Positions 29,046 to 37,816 of a stretch of DNA of 63,387 bases are shown here, in pieces. The notes below the pieces were generated by a model. The model worked only from the letters and a program-made list of their open reading frames with translations, was not told the DNA's origin and ran no database searches. Numbering within the stretch: position 1 is the first letter of the stretch; every line of letters begins with the position of its first letter. The stretch comes from a virus (Duplodnaviria; Caudoviricetes): positions 1 through 63,387 of the IMG/VR virus record IMGVR_UViG_3300037558_002241; one strand, written 5' to 3'. Made by a program: the position numbers and the translations under genes.

Positions 29046-29586
29046 AGTAAAACTGCAAGATGTTGTAGACTTGCTGTTGAAACAACAACCTGTCGCAATT
29101 TATCAGGGCAGGTCTGAGGCAGGACCACGTGCACTTGGCAACAGATCATTGATCTATGATCCACGTGATCCTAATGCCAAAGCAAAGATCAATAGAATAA
29201 AAAAGCGAGAACAGTTCAGACCTTTCGCTGCTAGTGTGATGCTTGAGTATGCAAATGATTGGTTTGATATGGCAGGACTGAGGGAGTCTCCTCACATGAT
29301 GTATGCCATGGACTGTTGGGATGACAAGCGGAGTCAGATACCAGGTGTGTTGCACGTAGATAATACCTGTCGTATTCAGACGGTAACTTCCAGACAGAAT
29401 AAGAACTACTACGATTTGATCAATGCATTCTACGATCGTACAGGTGTGCCTATGGTATTCAATACCTCATTCAACTTGGCAGGTCAACCATTAGTTGAGT
29501 CTCCAGAGGATGCTATGGAAACCTTTCATGGATCAGAGATACCTCACCTGTATTTCCCTGAAGTTGGACGCCTGATTTCAAAATGA
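28990..29586 (+). CDS. Carbamoyltransferase, C-terminal (YrdC-like) half
   Basis: YLGP, GRSEAGPRALGNRS, KKREQFRPFA, HVDNTCRIQTV, NTSFNLAGQP. Confidence 0.92.
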   Translation: MKTLYLGPVYTLNHIKGDKVKLQDVVDLLLKQQPVAIYQGRSEAGPRALGNRSLIYDPRDPNAKAKINRIKKREQFRPFAASVMLEYANDWFDMAGLRESPHMMYAMDCWDDKRSQIPGVLHVDNTCRIQTVTSRQNKNYYDLINAFYDRTGVPMVFNTSFNLAGQPLVESPEDAMETFHGSEIPHLYFPEVGRLISK

Positions 29587-30398
29587 ACTTTTTGTTTACC
29601 GAAAACCGGAAAAAAAACTCCGGCAAAAATTTGGTCATAGGGGTCAACCTATCTAACAATGGATCTATCTGTGCATTATATGAGGGCAAGGTAATATTTT
29701 ACCTGGAAGCCGAAAGACTTACGCGAAAAAAATGGGATCATCGGGTCAAGACCCTGATCAAATACTTACCACAGGCAAGTCACATTGCATTAGCAGACTC
29801 TCACTGGGTGCGTGGCAATAAGAAGGTGGACAACATCAAAGACCTGATGAAGTTCAAGAAAGAATTCCCTGATGCAAAGATCCATGACTATAGAAAGCAT
29901 CATCACCTGACTCATGCTGCTTGTGGATATTACAGTTCAGGTTTTGATGAAGCATCTTGTATTGTAGTTGATTCTAATGGTTCTAAGACTAGTGATGGAC
30001 TTGAAATAGAATCTATATTTTCTGCACCTGATTTTACTACTACTCACAGGAGGATGTTTGGTCCAGGCAACATAGGTTGTGGTCGTCAGTTTGAGGAGAC
30101 TGCTCTAATGTATGGGTGGGACCGTCGAGATGCTGGTAAAGTTATGGGTATGAGTGCATACAATAATGAACCTGCACTCAGCACTCAATTGCAGTGGGAG
30201 CAGAGATATGAAGAACTTTTAGAGATGCGAACATCTGATAATGTTGTAGTTGCTGGTGGATGTTTTCTAAACTGTGTCGCCAATTATAAAATGAAGAAGA
30301 AGTTCCCTCATATAAATCTATATGTGGAACCCATTGCTCATGATGGAGGCACCGCTATTGGAGCAGCATATCTAGCATACTATGAAACCACAACTTGA
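29583..30398 (+). CDS. Second, shorter carbamoyltransferase N-terminal half
   Basis: EAERLTRKK, HHLTHAA, AGKVMGMSAY, AGGCFLNCVAN, HDGGTAIGAA. Confidence 0.85.
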   Translation: MNFLFTENRKKNSGKNLVIGVNLSNNGSICALYEGKVIFYLEAERLTRKKWDHRVKTLIKYLPQASHIALADSHWVRGNKKVDNIKDLMKFKKEFPDAKIHDYRKHHHLTHAACGYYSSGFDEASCIVVDSNGSKTSDGLEIESIFSAPDFTTTHRRMFGPGNIGCGRQFEETALMYGWDRRDAGKVMGMSAYNNEPALSTQLQWEQRYEELLEMRTSDNVVVAGGCFLNCVANYKMKKKFPHINLYVEPIAHDGGTAIGAAYLAYYETTT

Positions 30399-31173
30399 CA
30401 TCTTAGATGTAAGTGCTTCAATAGGATGTAACTTGCAATGTAAAGGTTGTAATCATTTCAGTAATTATTTTGCACCTAGTAGCAAATTAGATACTGATCA
30501 GTTACTCGAAGACATTGCTACAATACTTCCACGATTAGACGTAAATCGGATCTCTATTATTGGTGGAGAACCGTTGTTGAATCCACGTTGCAAAGAGATT
30601 CTCAATGCATGTACAACATACTCTAGTTCTCCTGTCTATCTCTATAGTAATGGTCTATTGCTCCTACAAAATGAAGCATGGATCAAAAAATGTTTAGAGA
30701 ACCCACAGGTATATCTAAGAATTAGTATCCATGTTGATCTAGTTGAAGAGGTGATCAAAAAATTCAATCACCCTAAGGTGCTTGTTACTGAACACCACAC
30801 GGGCAAGGATCGTTGGTTCAACTCAATCAAGAAGCATGATGGTAAGGTACATCCTTACGACCATGGTAAACCTGATAAGAGTTTCAAAGCATGTTCCTGT
30901 CCCAATGCTCAATTATACAATGGTAAGTTATGGAAGTGCCCTAATACAGCATTTCTAAAAGAACTATTGTATGTGACTGAACAATCTGATGATGAAGACT
31001 GGCAAGAGTATCTTGTCGATGGTCTAAAAGTTGACTGTACTGATGAGGAATTGACAAATTTCTGTAATAATAGTAAAATTGCAGAAAGCGTATGCAATAT
31101 GTGTACTGCTAGACCACTCAAGTTCAGTGCTGCCCTGCAAGAAAAAACTCAAAGAAAGGCAATCAAAACCTAA
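30382..31173 (+). CDS. Radical SAM protein
   Basis: CNLQCKGC, IIGGEPLL, SNG, CSCPN..LWKCP, CNMC. Confidence 0.88.
   Translation: MKPQLDILDVSASIGCNLQCKGCNHFSNYFAPSSKLDTDQLLEDIATILPRLDVNRISIIGGEPLLNPRCKEILNACTTYSSSPVYLYSNGLLLLQNEAWIKKCLENPQVYLRISIHVDLVEEVIKKFNHPKVLVTEHHTGKDRWFNSIKKHDGKVHPYDHGKPDKSFKACSCPNAQLYNGKLWKCPNTAFLKELLYVTEQSDDEDWQEYLVDGLKVDCTDEELTNFCNNSKIAESVCNMCTARPLKFSAALQEKTQRKAIKT
31051..31079 (+). promoter_or_regulatory. Sigma70-type promoter inside the radical SAM gene, upstream of the phoH cluster
   Basis: TTGACA, 17 bp, TAAAAT. Confidence 0.55.
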
Positions 31174-31424
31174 TGCCCGTATACCCTGTAAAAAATCTAG
31201 AAACTGGTGAGACTAAGGAGTTGACATTGACCGTTGCTAACTACGATCAATGGCGTAAAGACAATCCTGGTTGGGACAAAGACTGGTCCAAAGGTGTTGC
31301 TTCTGCCGTTAGTGGCACTGGTGATGTCTATAGTAGGACTGATGGCGGATGGAATGAAATTCTATCTAAAGTTGCACAAGTTCCTGGTTCTCAAGTCAAA
31401 CCCCAAAAAATCACACACTCATAA
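31173..31424 (+). CDS. T4-like hypothetical protein (FmdB-like N-terminus)
   Basis: MPVYPVKNLETGE, GWNEILSKV..PGS. Confidence 0.7.
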   Translation: MPVYPVKNLETGETKELTLTVANYDQWRKDNPGWDKDWSKGVASAVSGTGDVYSRTDGGWNEILSKVAQVPGSQVKPQKITHS

Positions 31425-32179
31425 TGACTGCACGTCGCAAGAAGATCATGTCATCTGTAGGTGCTGGAATGACAGCGAAACAGATGCGAAGAAAGAAACC
31501 CATCAACTCAGAGGCGATGGTGCCTATTGAAGCAATCACTGACAATCAAAAAATTGTCTTTGATGCATACAATGAGGGTAAACATTTGTTTCTCTATGGG
31601 TGTGCTGGCACTGGCAAAACATTCATTACTCTTTATCTTGCTCTGCGTGAGGTATTAGATCCATTCACACCTTACAATAAGGTGGTGCTGGTTCGCTCAC
31701 TAGTTTCTACACGTGAGATTGGTTTCCTACCAGGAGATCATGAAGATAAGTCTGCTCTTTACCAAATTCCTTATAAGAATATGGTAAAGTATATGTTTGA
31801 ACTACCCACTGACAATGAATTTGAAATGCTTTGGGGAAACCTGAAGACTCAAGAGTCAGTTACTTTCTGGTCCACTAGTTTCATCCGAGGTACTACACTT
31901 GATGATTCTATTATTATTGTGGACGAATCTCAGAACTTGAACTTCCACGAACTTGATAGTATTATTACTAGGGTTGGTGAGAACTGTAAGATTATGTTCT
32001 GTGGTGACGTAGCACAAACTGATTTGGTCAAGACTAACGAGAAGAATGGGATCTTAGATTTCATGAAGATCGTTGAGCGTATGCCTGAATTCGTACTAAC
32101 TGAATTTGGTATCGAAGACATCGTTCGTTCTGGACTGGTCAAGTCTTATCTCACTAATAAAATTGAACTTGGTATGTGA
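31424..32179 (+). CDS. phoH: PhoH-like ATPase
   Basis: GCAGTGKT, IGFLPG, FIRG.TL, DESQN, GD..QTDL, DIVRSGLV. Confidence 0.95.
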   Translation: MTARRKKIMSSVGAGMTAKQMRRKKPINSEAMVPIEAITDNQKIVFDAYNEGKHLFLYGCAGTGKTFITLYLALREVLDPFTPYNKVVLVRSLVSTREIGFLPGDHEDKSALYQIPYKNMVKYMFELPTDNEFEMLWGNLKTQESVTFWSTSFIRGTTLDDSIIIVDESQNLNFHELDSIITRVGENCKIMFCGDVAQTDLVKTNEKNGILDFMKIVERMPEFVLTEFGIEDIVRSGLVKSYLTNKIELGM

Positions 32180-32859
32180 TGTTTCAACATATAGAATGTG
32201 ATCTTCCTGCACTTGCCAGGAAAAACATTGAAGGAATTAGATTCTACACAGTCAATGACAGACCGATGGTGTCCATCACCTCGGTCACTTCTCACTACAA
32301 TAAAGAAGTCTTTGTCAAGTGGAGAAAGAGAGTTGGTGCAGCCGAAGCAAACCGCATCACTAAACGTGCTACTAGTCGGGGTACAAAAACTCATTCTTTG
32401 ATCGAGACATTTCTCTTGAACAAAGAGGTTGAGTTCACAGAACCTGGTCCTAAGATGCTGTTTCAGCAGGCAAAACAGACCCTACAAAACATAAATAATA
32501 TATACGCTCTAGAAAAGAGCTTGTATAGTGAAGAACTTGGGGTTGCTGGAACAGTAGACTGTATCGCTGAATACACTGGCGAGAACGGCGAACCTGAGTT
32601 AGCAATCATTGATTTCAAGACAGCAGAGAAACCCAAACCACGGGATTGGATTGAAAACTATTTCGTACAAGCGTCTGCTTATGCCTGTATGTTCTATGAA
32701 CGTACTGGTATCCCTGTAAAAAAACTTGTCATCATTATGACATGTGCGAACGGGGAGGTGCAAGTGTACGAAGAGTATGATAAAATGACTTATATGAAAC
32801 TACTCATCCAATACATTCAAAAATTTGTCGAAGAAAAAATCAATGAGTTCCAAAACTGA
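32176..32859 (+). CDS. PD-(D/E)XK exonuclease (RecB/Cas4-like)
   Basis: SITSV, RGT..H, AGTVDCIA, IIDFKT, YFVQ..AY. Confidence 0.85.
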   Translation: MMFQHIECDLPALARKNIEGIRFYTVNDRPMVSITSVTSHYNKEVFVKWRKRVGAAEANRITKRATSRGTKTHSLIETFLLNKEVEFTEPGPKMLFQQAKQTLQNINNIYALEKSLYSEELGVAGTVDCIAEYTGENGEPELAIIDFKTAEKPKPRDWIENYFVQASAYACMFYERTGIPVKKLVIIMTCANGEVQVYEEYDKMTYMKLLIQYIQKFVEEKINEFQN

Positions 32860-33109
32860 AATGCGATCTATTTTGAAGCAAAAGTTCCTGTGCCAGGACA
32901 AATTTACTAATGACATAGAAAACCTGGTGAAAAACAATGTTGAGATGAATTACATCGAAGCAATTTGTCATTACTGTGAGACCAATAACATTGAGATCGA
33001 ATCAGTATCAAAACTCATCACCAAACCTTTGAAAGAAAAACTCAAAGGAAATGCAACACACCTAAATTATTTGAAGAGGACATCCAAAGCAAAGTTTTTT
33101 AGTATCTAA
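32843..33109 (+). CDS. gp33: Late promoter transcription accessory protein gp33
   Basis: IE.LV, NYIEAI..YCE.N.IE.E.V.KLI.KPLKEKL; T4-like position. Confidence 0.85.
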   Translation: MSSKTEMRSILKQKFLCQDKFTNDIENLVKNNVEMNYIEAICHYCETNNIEIESVSKLITKPLKEKLKGNATHLNYLKRTSKAKFFSI

Positions 33110-34185
33110 TGCAACTCAAAGAGTGGACACTTGCTAAAATGTGTAAACATCTTTCGGAAGAAAGATTGTTGGAGGTTAGTAAAAGTGTTGACTATGTGAG
33201 AGACCAAAGAGGATTTTGGATTTCTAATTTCAAGCAGGTTACTCCGGAAGAGATAGCATCTCTAGAAGCGGAGAGACCTACCACAAGACTGCTGAGTATT
33301 CATGTTATCAACGGGTGCAATCTTGCCTGTCGTGCATGTAATCACAACAGCAGTCTTCTTGGTGTAAAGAGTGGTGTTGACATTGATGCATTGATAGATG
33401 ACATCAAATCTTTTCTACCAAAAGTATATGTGTGGAGTCATATTAGTATCATTGGTGGCGAACCATTACTAGAACCACGCACCAGAGAGGTCGTAAAGGT
33501 CACCAGAGAGGTCTCAGAGGCAACTGGGCAGACCTGTAACATAAAACTGTTTAGTAACGGTTCACGTCTCTTACAGGAGAAGGAGTGGATCGTTGATGAA
33601 ATGCTGAAAGGTGTGAACTTCCGAGTAACCTTTCATAAACCCTGGTATACGCAGCAAGGATCAGTAAACTGGGAAAACGCAGCGAAATTCATAAGATATT
33701 GTAAAGAACGTGGCGCTGACACAGAAAATCTGTTAGAATTTAGTGAGGCATTCCGTCTGCTTGATGGAAAACCTAGACAGTGGTTTGATATTGTCAAGTA
33801 TGATATCAAAGATGACCAGATCAAATACTATCCCTTTGAGGAGGGAGATCCTGAGGAAAGTTTCACCCATTGTACGTGCCCAAACAGTCAACTGTATAAC
33901 GGTCAACTTTGGAAGTGTCCCATGATCTCCTACCTGAGAGAGTCCCTTGATGCTACCAATCAAATGGATGATCCAGAATGGCAGAAGTATTTGTCTTACA
34001 AACCCACTAGCATACACTCATCCCAAGAAGAGATTCAACAATCTTTTGATGAGGTAACAAAACCACATTGGATATGTTCCATGTGTCCTCGCAATCCTGT
34101 ATGGTTCACCGCAACCAAACAGTTGGATGCGAAATTGAAAAAAAATGTCGCTATGCATGATGAAGCAACCTATGACACCATTTGA
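33109..34185 (+). CDS. Radical SAM protein (paralog of 30382-31173)
   Basis: CNLACRAC, IIGGEPLL, CTCPNSQLYNGQLWKCP, CSMC. Confidence 0.88.
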   Translation: MQLKEWTLAKMCKHLSEERLLEVSKSVDYVRDQRGFWISNFKQVTPEEIASLEAERPTTRLLSIHVINGCNLACRACNHNSSLLGVKSGVDIDALIDDIKSFLPKVYVWSHISIIGGEPLLEPRTREVVKVTREVSEATGQTCNIKLFSNGSRLLQEKEWIVDEMLKGVNFRVTFHKPWYTQQGSVNWENAAKFIRYCKERGADTENLLEFSEAFRLLDGKPRQWFDIVKYDIKDDQIKYYPFEEGDPEESFTHCTCPNSQLYNGQLWKCPMISYLRESLDATNQMDDPEWQKYLSYKPTSIHSSQEEIQQSFDEVTKPHWICSMCPRNPVWFTATKQLDAKLKKNVAMHDEATYDTI

Positions 34186-34771
34186 TACTTACAAAGAGTA
34201 TCTGGCGTACAAAAATCATTTCTCAAAAGAGAAGTATGATTACTTTAGGTATGCTGGTAAGTCTAGAGCAAGTCTTGAGTCTTTTTACAAGAGAAAGGAT
34301 AGGTACTTCTTTGAGAAGACCTCAAGAAAGTATAAAGATGAAGACATTAGGAACTTTTTTCTTTCTAACTTCATCAGCACTGACAACCCATCAGGTATGT
34401 GGATCGGTAACATCATCCGTGGTGGTGAAGGTATCTTCAAAGAATGGCAGCGTCGTCAACAAAGTTTGTTCTACAACTTCAAGGGTACGAACAAAACTAT
34501 GATGGAGCAGTATGGTCTACAAGTATTCCTTGAACCATCAGATGGTCACCCACCATTGCTCAAAGAATATCTAGCAGGTAATCTAAGTATTGAAGATGTA
34601 GTTATCTACGAACAACTGTTTGGATACTGCAAAGATTATGATAAGAAATTAGATGATCCTGTGTGGCATATCATTGGTATGAAAATTCGCAAGTACCTTC
34701 CCTTCCTAAATATCGACAAGGAAAAATACAAAGATCAGGTAATCTCTGAACTAAATGAGCAATTTCTTTGA
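34172..34771 (+). CDS. gp59: Helicase loader gp59
   Basis: MTPFDTY..Y..K.HF..KYDYF.Y.GK, F.KRKDRYFF.K, GHPPLLK. Confidence 0.85.
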   Translation: MTPFDTYKEYLAYKNHFSKEKYDYFRYAGKSRASLESFYKRKDRYFFEKTSRKYKDEDIRNFFLSNFISTDNPSGMWIGNIIRGGEGIFKEWQRRQQSLFYNFKGTNKTMMEQYGLQVFLEPSDGHPPLLKEYLAGNLSIEDVVIYEQLFGYCKDYDKKLDDPVWHIIGMKIRKYLPFLNIDKEKYKDQVISELNEQFL

Positions 34772-35084
34772 AAGCGAAAATGTAAGTCGTGAGATGACTG
34801 AAATCTACGAGTTGCAGAAAGAATTGTATGATGTCATACAAAAGTTTCCATACATGAGTCAAGATGCAAAGTGGGAACATATTGAGACATTGAAAGAACT
34901 ATTAGAGAAGCAGCAGATAATGTGGACAAGGATGTCATTGTCTGATGATCCTGAAGCGATTGAAATGAAAGAAAAACTTGTTGAAGCGTCGAAAGAAATG
35001 GGATTTGGTAACGCTGATATGGGTACCATCTTTCGCAACATGCATAATGTCTTAGAGAAGATGCAAACTCAACTAAAAAAATGA
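34755..35084 (+). CDS. DUF1825-like protein
   Basis: FFESE.V, LEKQ....R.SLSDDPEA. Confidence 0.75.
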   Translation: MSNFFESENVSREMTEIYELQKELYDVIQKFPYMSQDAKWEHIETLKELLEKQQIMWTRMSLSDDPEAIEMKEKLVEASKEMGFGNADMGTIFRNMHNVLEKMQTQLKK

Positions 35085-35090
35085 TCCGAT

Positions 35091-35321
35091 ATGGATCTAC
35101 ACTCAGAGTATCACGATGAATTTGACAGTGATTGGTACGCCACTTTTGCGATGCCTATCGAAGAAATTCGATTACTACATGATCATGTCTGTTACGCGAT
35201 AAAGACTTGGCCTGGATCACCTGCTCGTCCACCAGAGGAGCAGGAGTTTTTGCTTTCTCTCAAAATAAGACTGTCTGCAATGCTGATGCAATACAACTTT
35301 GACATGTTGGATCTGGAGTGA
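35091..35321 (+). CDS. Hypothetical protein
   Basis: 76 aa; WPGSPARP.EEQE.L. Confidence 0.7.
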   Translation: MDLHSEYHDEFDSDWYATFAMPIEEIRLLHDHVCYAIKTWPGSPARPPEEQEFLLSLKIRLSAMLMQYNFDMLDLE

Positions 35322-35327
35322 TAGAAT
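35299..35327 (+). promoter_or_regulatory. Sigma70-type promoter
   Basis: TTGACA, 17 bp, TG-extended TAGAAT. Confidence 0.65.
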
Positions 35328-35355
35328 GCATTTGTATCATGTATTCTCCATCCCA

Positions 35356-35661
35356 ATGCCCAAGAGATTCAACGAACTGAGCAACGTAAAGACACGTCCA
35401 GATCTTGTTCCTCAAACAACTACCGAGACACCTAAACCTAGTGGTCTACTGAACAATAAGCATCTTGCATTTGATGCTAACGGCAAAGTGGTCAACCCAC
35501 GTGAAATGAAAGTGGATCAAGATCGTAAGCGTATGACTGCGATCGCTGCCACTGGATTGATGTTTGTTGTCTTTGGTCAGTTCTACCTGGGATCTGCTAT
35601 CAACAGTATGTCTAGAAGCATTGACCGTCTTGCTGACACCTCCTTGACAACGGATAAATAA
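35356..35661 (+). CDS. Hypothetical membrane protein
   Basis: ATG 35356 downstream of the promoter; C-terminal TM segment. Confidence 0.65.
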   Translation: MPKRFNELSNVKTRPDLVPQTTTETPKPSGLLNNKHLAFDANGKVVNPREMKVDQDRKRMTAIAATGLMFVVFGQFYLGSAINSMSRSIDRLADTSLTTDK

Positions 35662-35672
35662 ACTGCTATATT
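35644..35672 (+). promoter_or_regulatory. gp32 promoter: sigma70-type with an embedded late-promoter motif
   Basis: TTGACA, 17 bp, TG-extended TATATT; TAAATA at 35655-35660. Confidence 0.7.
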
Positions 35673-35719
35673 ATGCAAGCGGTGACAATCCAAACAATCC
35701 ACCGAATATAAAAAATCTT

Positions 35720-36625
35720 ATGTCTTTCGCAGACCTCAAGAAACAATCTAAACTTGGCAGTTTGACTTCCAAACTGACCAAAGAGATTGAAAAAATGAAT
35801 ACTACTGGTTCCAATAATGCTGATGACCGTCTTTGGAAACTGGAAGTTGATAAAGCAGGCAACGGTTATGCTGTAATCCGTTTCCTCCCTGCACCTAATG
35901 GAGAAGAACTTCCTTGGGCAAAGGTGTGGTCCCATGCTTTCCAAGGTCCTGGAGGTTGGTACATTGAGAACTCTCTGACTACCATGGGCAAGAAAGATCC
36001 TGTCTCTGAATACAATCGACTGCTGTGGAACAGTGGCACTGACTCAGACAAGGATCTTGCTCGTAAGCAGAAGCGTAAACTCAGTTACACTTCTAACATC
36101 TACGTTGTAAAGGACCCTGCTAATCCTCACAACGAAGGCAAAGTCTTCCTATACAAGTTCGGTAAGAAGATCTTTGACAAACTTTCTGCTGCTATGCAAC
36201 CTGAGTTTGAGGACGAAGAAGCAATTGATCCCTTTGACTTCTGGGGTGGTGCTCACTTCAAACTGAAAGCAAAGAACGTTGCAGGTTATCGTAACTACGA
36301 TTCCTCTGAGTTTGCTGCACCTTCTCCTCTTCTAGATGACGATGATGCATTGGAAGCACTGTGGAAAAAGCAATATTCTCTGCAAGAGTTTACTAATGCA
36401 GATCAGTTCAAGCCTTATGAAGAACTTGAAACTCGTCTTCACGCAGTTCTGAACAATGCACGTCCTCCACGTGTGAATCCAGAAACTTTTGATGAGGAGC
36501 AGGAGATTACTACAAGTAAGAATCCTGAACCAGAGTTGAAAGCAAAAGTAGCCGATGTACAATCTTCGACTACAGATGATAGTGATGATGCTCTATCATA
36601 TTTCCAACGTCTTGCTGATGCTTGA
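35720..36625 (+). CDS. gp32: Single-stranded DNA-binding protein gp32
   Basis: DDRLWK..DKAGNGYAVIRFLPA, WYIENSLTT, YKFGKKIFDK, acidic tail DALSYFQRLA. Confidence 0.96.
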   Translation: MSFADLKKQSKLGSLTSKLTKEIEKMNTTGSNNADDRLWKLEVDKAGNGYAVIRFLPAPNGEELPWAKVWSHAFQGPGGWYIENSLTTMGKKDPVSEYNRLLWNSGTDSDKDLARKQKRKLSYTSNIYVVKDPANPHNEGKVFLYKFGKKIFDKLSAAMQPEFEDEEAIDPFDFWGGAHFKLKAKNVAGYRNYDSSEFAAPSPLLDDDDALEALWKKQYSLQEFTNADQFKPYEELETRLHAVLNNARPPRVNPETFDEEQEITTSKNPEPELKAKVADVQSSTTDDSDDALSYFQRLADA

Positions 36626-37185
36626 TGCAAACATTCAGTTTTACTGAATTGATTGGAGTCTGGGAAGGGGATAAACTCCCCATCCTGGACTTTTCTCTTA
36701 GAGAAATCTATCAGATACGGGATGATGATCCTGAAACTGATGGGTTTTCTAATGTGGATGGATGGCAGAAACTGATGAACAATAAAGACACACTCCAGCA
36801 TTTGAAGTTGTTGATTCATCAGAAAGCGTTAGAGTATTGTAATTTGCATGAAAAAGTAAATGATTTGGAGTACACTTCTTTCTTTGCAAATATCAACGGT
36901 CATGGTGCGTCAAACTGCATGCATCATCATAATTATGGAGAAATCAGCGGGGTTTTTTGGTTGAAAGCACCTAGGAAGTCGGGAGATTTGATTATTATGA
37001 ACCCATACCCTCAACAGCATTGGAATACATCACTGAAACCCAAGACTGATAGAAATGCTCTTGTATTGACTCCTAAGGCAAACCACGGGGTATTTTTCAA
37101 CAGTAACCTAGTTCATTACGTGGACGTAAATAGATCTGATAATGACCGGGTATCTGTAGGATTTCATCTTCATATTGTGAACTGA
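36625..37185 (+). CDS. 2OG-Fe(II) oxygenase (TIGR02466-like)
   Basis: ANIN, HHH..ISGVFW, SGDL, FNSNLVHYV..NRS..DRVSVGF. Confidence 0.8.
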   Translation: MQTFSFTELIGVWEGDKLPILDFSLREIYQIRDDDPETDGFSNVDGWQKLMNNKDTLQHLKLLIHQKALEYCNLHEKVNDLEYTSFFANINGHGASNCMHHHNYGEISGVFWLKAPRKSGDLIIMNPYPQQHWNTSLKPKTDRNALVLTPKANHGVFFNSNLVHYVDVNRSDNDRVSVGFHLHIVN

Positions 37186-37252
37186 AATCAACTTTTTATT
37201 TACAGAAAGGGGCAAAAAAACCTCCAGTCATTTTTTGCCTCTATAGATTTTT

Positions 37253-37816
37253 ATGGCATACAAAAACATTATCATTATTGAAAAAAATATTGATGTAAAA
37301 CCGTTTTTGGACGAAATAAATCCAGAACATTGGGATTGGGTTTCAAAGCAAACTACAACAAAAATTGGTGGTGACAAAAACCCATATGGGTTCTTACCTC
37401 TTGTTTGGGCACAAGTTATGAGAGGCGAGGATCCTCATGACGCCATGGGACAAGCAAAAACTCCATTATATGACTTATATCCAAAAGTGCAAGAATTTTG
37501 GGAAAAGCACAATATTACTAAAACAGGCAGAGCAGCATTTTTTCGATTATTGCCTGGAGGCACTGTAAGTGAGCATATTGACAGAGGAGAGTATTATAAG
37601 AAAAAGGATAGATATCATTTATCTTTACAAGGGACTTATTTGTATAGAGTCGGTGATGAGCAAATGTTAGTGCCACCAGGAACTTTCTTCTGGTTTCATA
37701 ATAAATTACCCCACGCTGCAAAGAACGTAGGGCCTGTTGATAGGTATTCTTTAGTTTGGGATGTTCCTCATAGTCCCAACAATCCTCAACACTTAGCGAG
37801 GACTTGCAATACGTAA
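37253..37816 (+). CDS. Aspartyl/asparaginyl beta-hydroxylase-like 2OG oxygenase
   Basis: LPGG.V.EHID.G.YY..RYHL, FWFHNKLPH.A.N, R..LVWD. Confidence 0.8.
   Translation: MAYKNIIIIEKNIDVKPFLDEINPEHWDWVSKQTTTKIGGDKNPYGFLPLVWAQVMRGEDPHDAMGQAKTPLYDLYPKVQEFWEKHNITKTGRAAFFRLLPGGTVSEHIDRGEYYKKKDRYHLSLQGTYLYRVGDEQMLVPPGTFFWFHNKLPHAAKNVGPVDRYSLVWDVPHSPNNPQHLARTCNT

Noticed and set aside
31051-31424. Pho box upstream of phoH
   Set aside because: The cyanobacterial consensus contains TTAA repeats, and none are present.
32176-32859. Cas4-like nuclease as part of a CRISPR system
   Set aside because: No repeat-spacer array or other cas genes are visible; this is the usual T4-like exonuclease next to phoH.
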